Assembly (NCBI GenBank): GCA_050248855.1
Contig: JBFWRP010000011.1
Location: forward strand, 1-64,000
Reading direction: 5' to 3'
Source of the DNA: Planctomycetota bacterium
GTDB taxonomy: Bacteria > Planctomycetota > PLA2 > JAEUHO01
DNA: 64,000 bases
Shown: positions 63,619-64,000 of the stretch, piece by piece
Layout of the letters: each line of letters begins with the position of its first letter
Position numbering within the stretch: position 1 is the stretch's first letter
The notes under the pieces: generated by a model
What the model was told of the DNA's origin: nothing
The model's database searches: none
Seen by the model: the letters and a program-made list of their open reading frames with translations, nothing else
Translations under genes and position numbers: made by a program

Positions 63619-64000
63619 CTAACGGCCCTCCTTCTCGGTACGGAAGGGGAAGTTCATCTCTTCGAGCAGCGCGCGGCTCCAGTCGTCCCGGCCGCCCGAG
63701 ACGGTGAGCGTGATGTTCATGCCCTGCTGCTTCTCCAGGAGCGCGCCCTCGATCTCCGGGAACACCGACTGCTCGGCGATGCCCATCGAGTAGTTGCCCC
63801 GGCCGTCGAGCTTGGACTTGAGACCACGGAAGTCGCGCAGACGAGGCGTGACCACGTTGATCAGCCGGTCCAGGAACTCGTACATGCGCTCGCCACGCAG
63901 CGTGACGCGCGCGCCGACGGACATGCCCTGGCGCAGGCGGAACTGGGCGATCGAAACGCGAGCCTTGGTGATGACGGCCTTCTGGCCGGTCACCTTCTCG
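63619..64000 (-). CDS. rplE: 50S ribosomal protein L5 (partial, 5' end outside the window)
   Basis: [31 protein letters not shown]. Confidence 0.96.
   Translation of the reverse strand, partial: EKVTGQKAVITKARVSIAQFRLRQGMSVGARVTLRGERMYEFLDRLINVVTPRLRDFRGLKSKLDGRGNYSMGIAEQSVFPEIEGALLEKQQGMNITLTVSGGRDDWSRALLEEMNFPFRTEKEGR

Overview
High-GC core-genome window, most likely from a Planctomycetota/PVC bacterium. This is inferred from the ~111-nt 5S rRNA, PVC-type 16S signatures, a large fused SecDF, and HEAT/vWA/C25 envelope proteins. It holds the distal spc/alpha ribosomal cluster (rplE..rplQ, with no rpsN, rpmD, map or rpsD), miaB, ribD, ndk-hslVU, aspS-thrS-infC-rpmI-rplT-pheST, a probable 6S RNA, one rRNA operon (16S-23S-5S), nadB-hflX, yajC-secDF, mnmA, HU, folD and an OprO/OprP-type porin. 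Most notable: (1) an unannotated signal-peptide ORF between yajC and secDF ending in RRAPN, a candidate secretion-monitor arrest peptide; (2) seven copies of a ~98-bp GTAC-ended hairpin element, one apparently inserted into another repeat whose empty alleles are also in the window; (3) an L1931 group I intron with a LAGLIDADG endonuclease in the 23S gene; (4) tRNA-Ile/tRNA-Ala located behind the 5S terminator rather than in the ITS; (5) a porin with 12 clustered cysteines; (6) a probable AUC start for infC and a symmetric bidirectional leaderless promoter. All calls come from reading the sequence by eye; no searches were run, and start codons and RNA ends are approximate.
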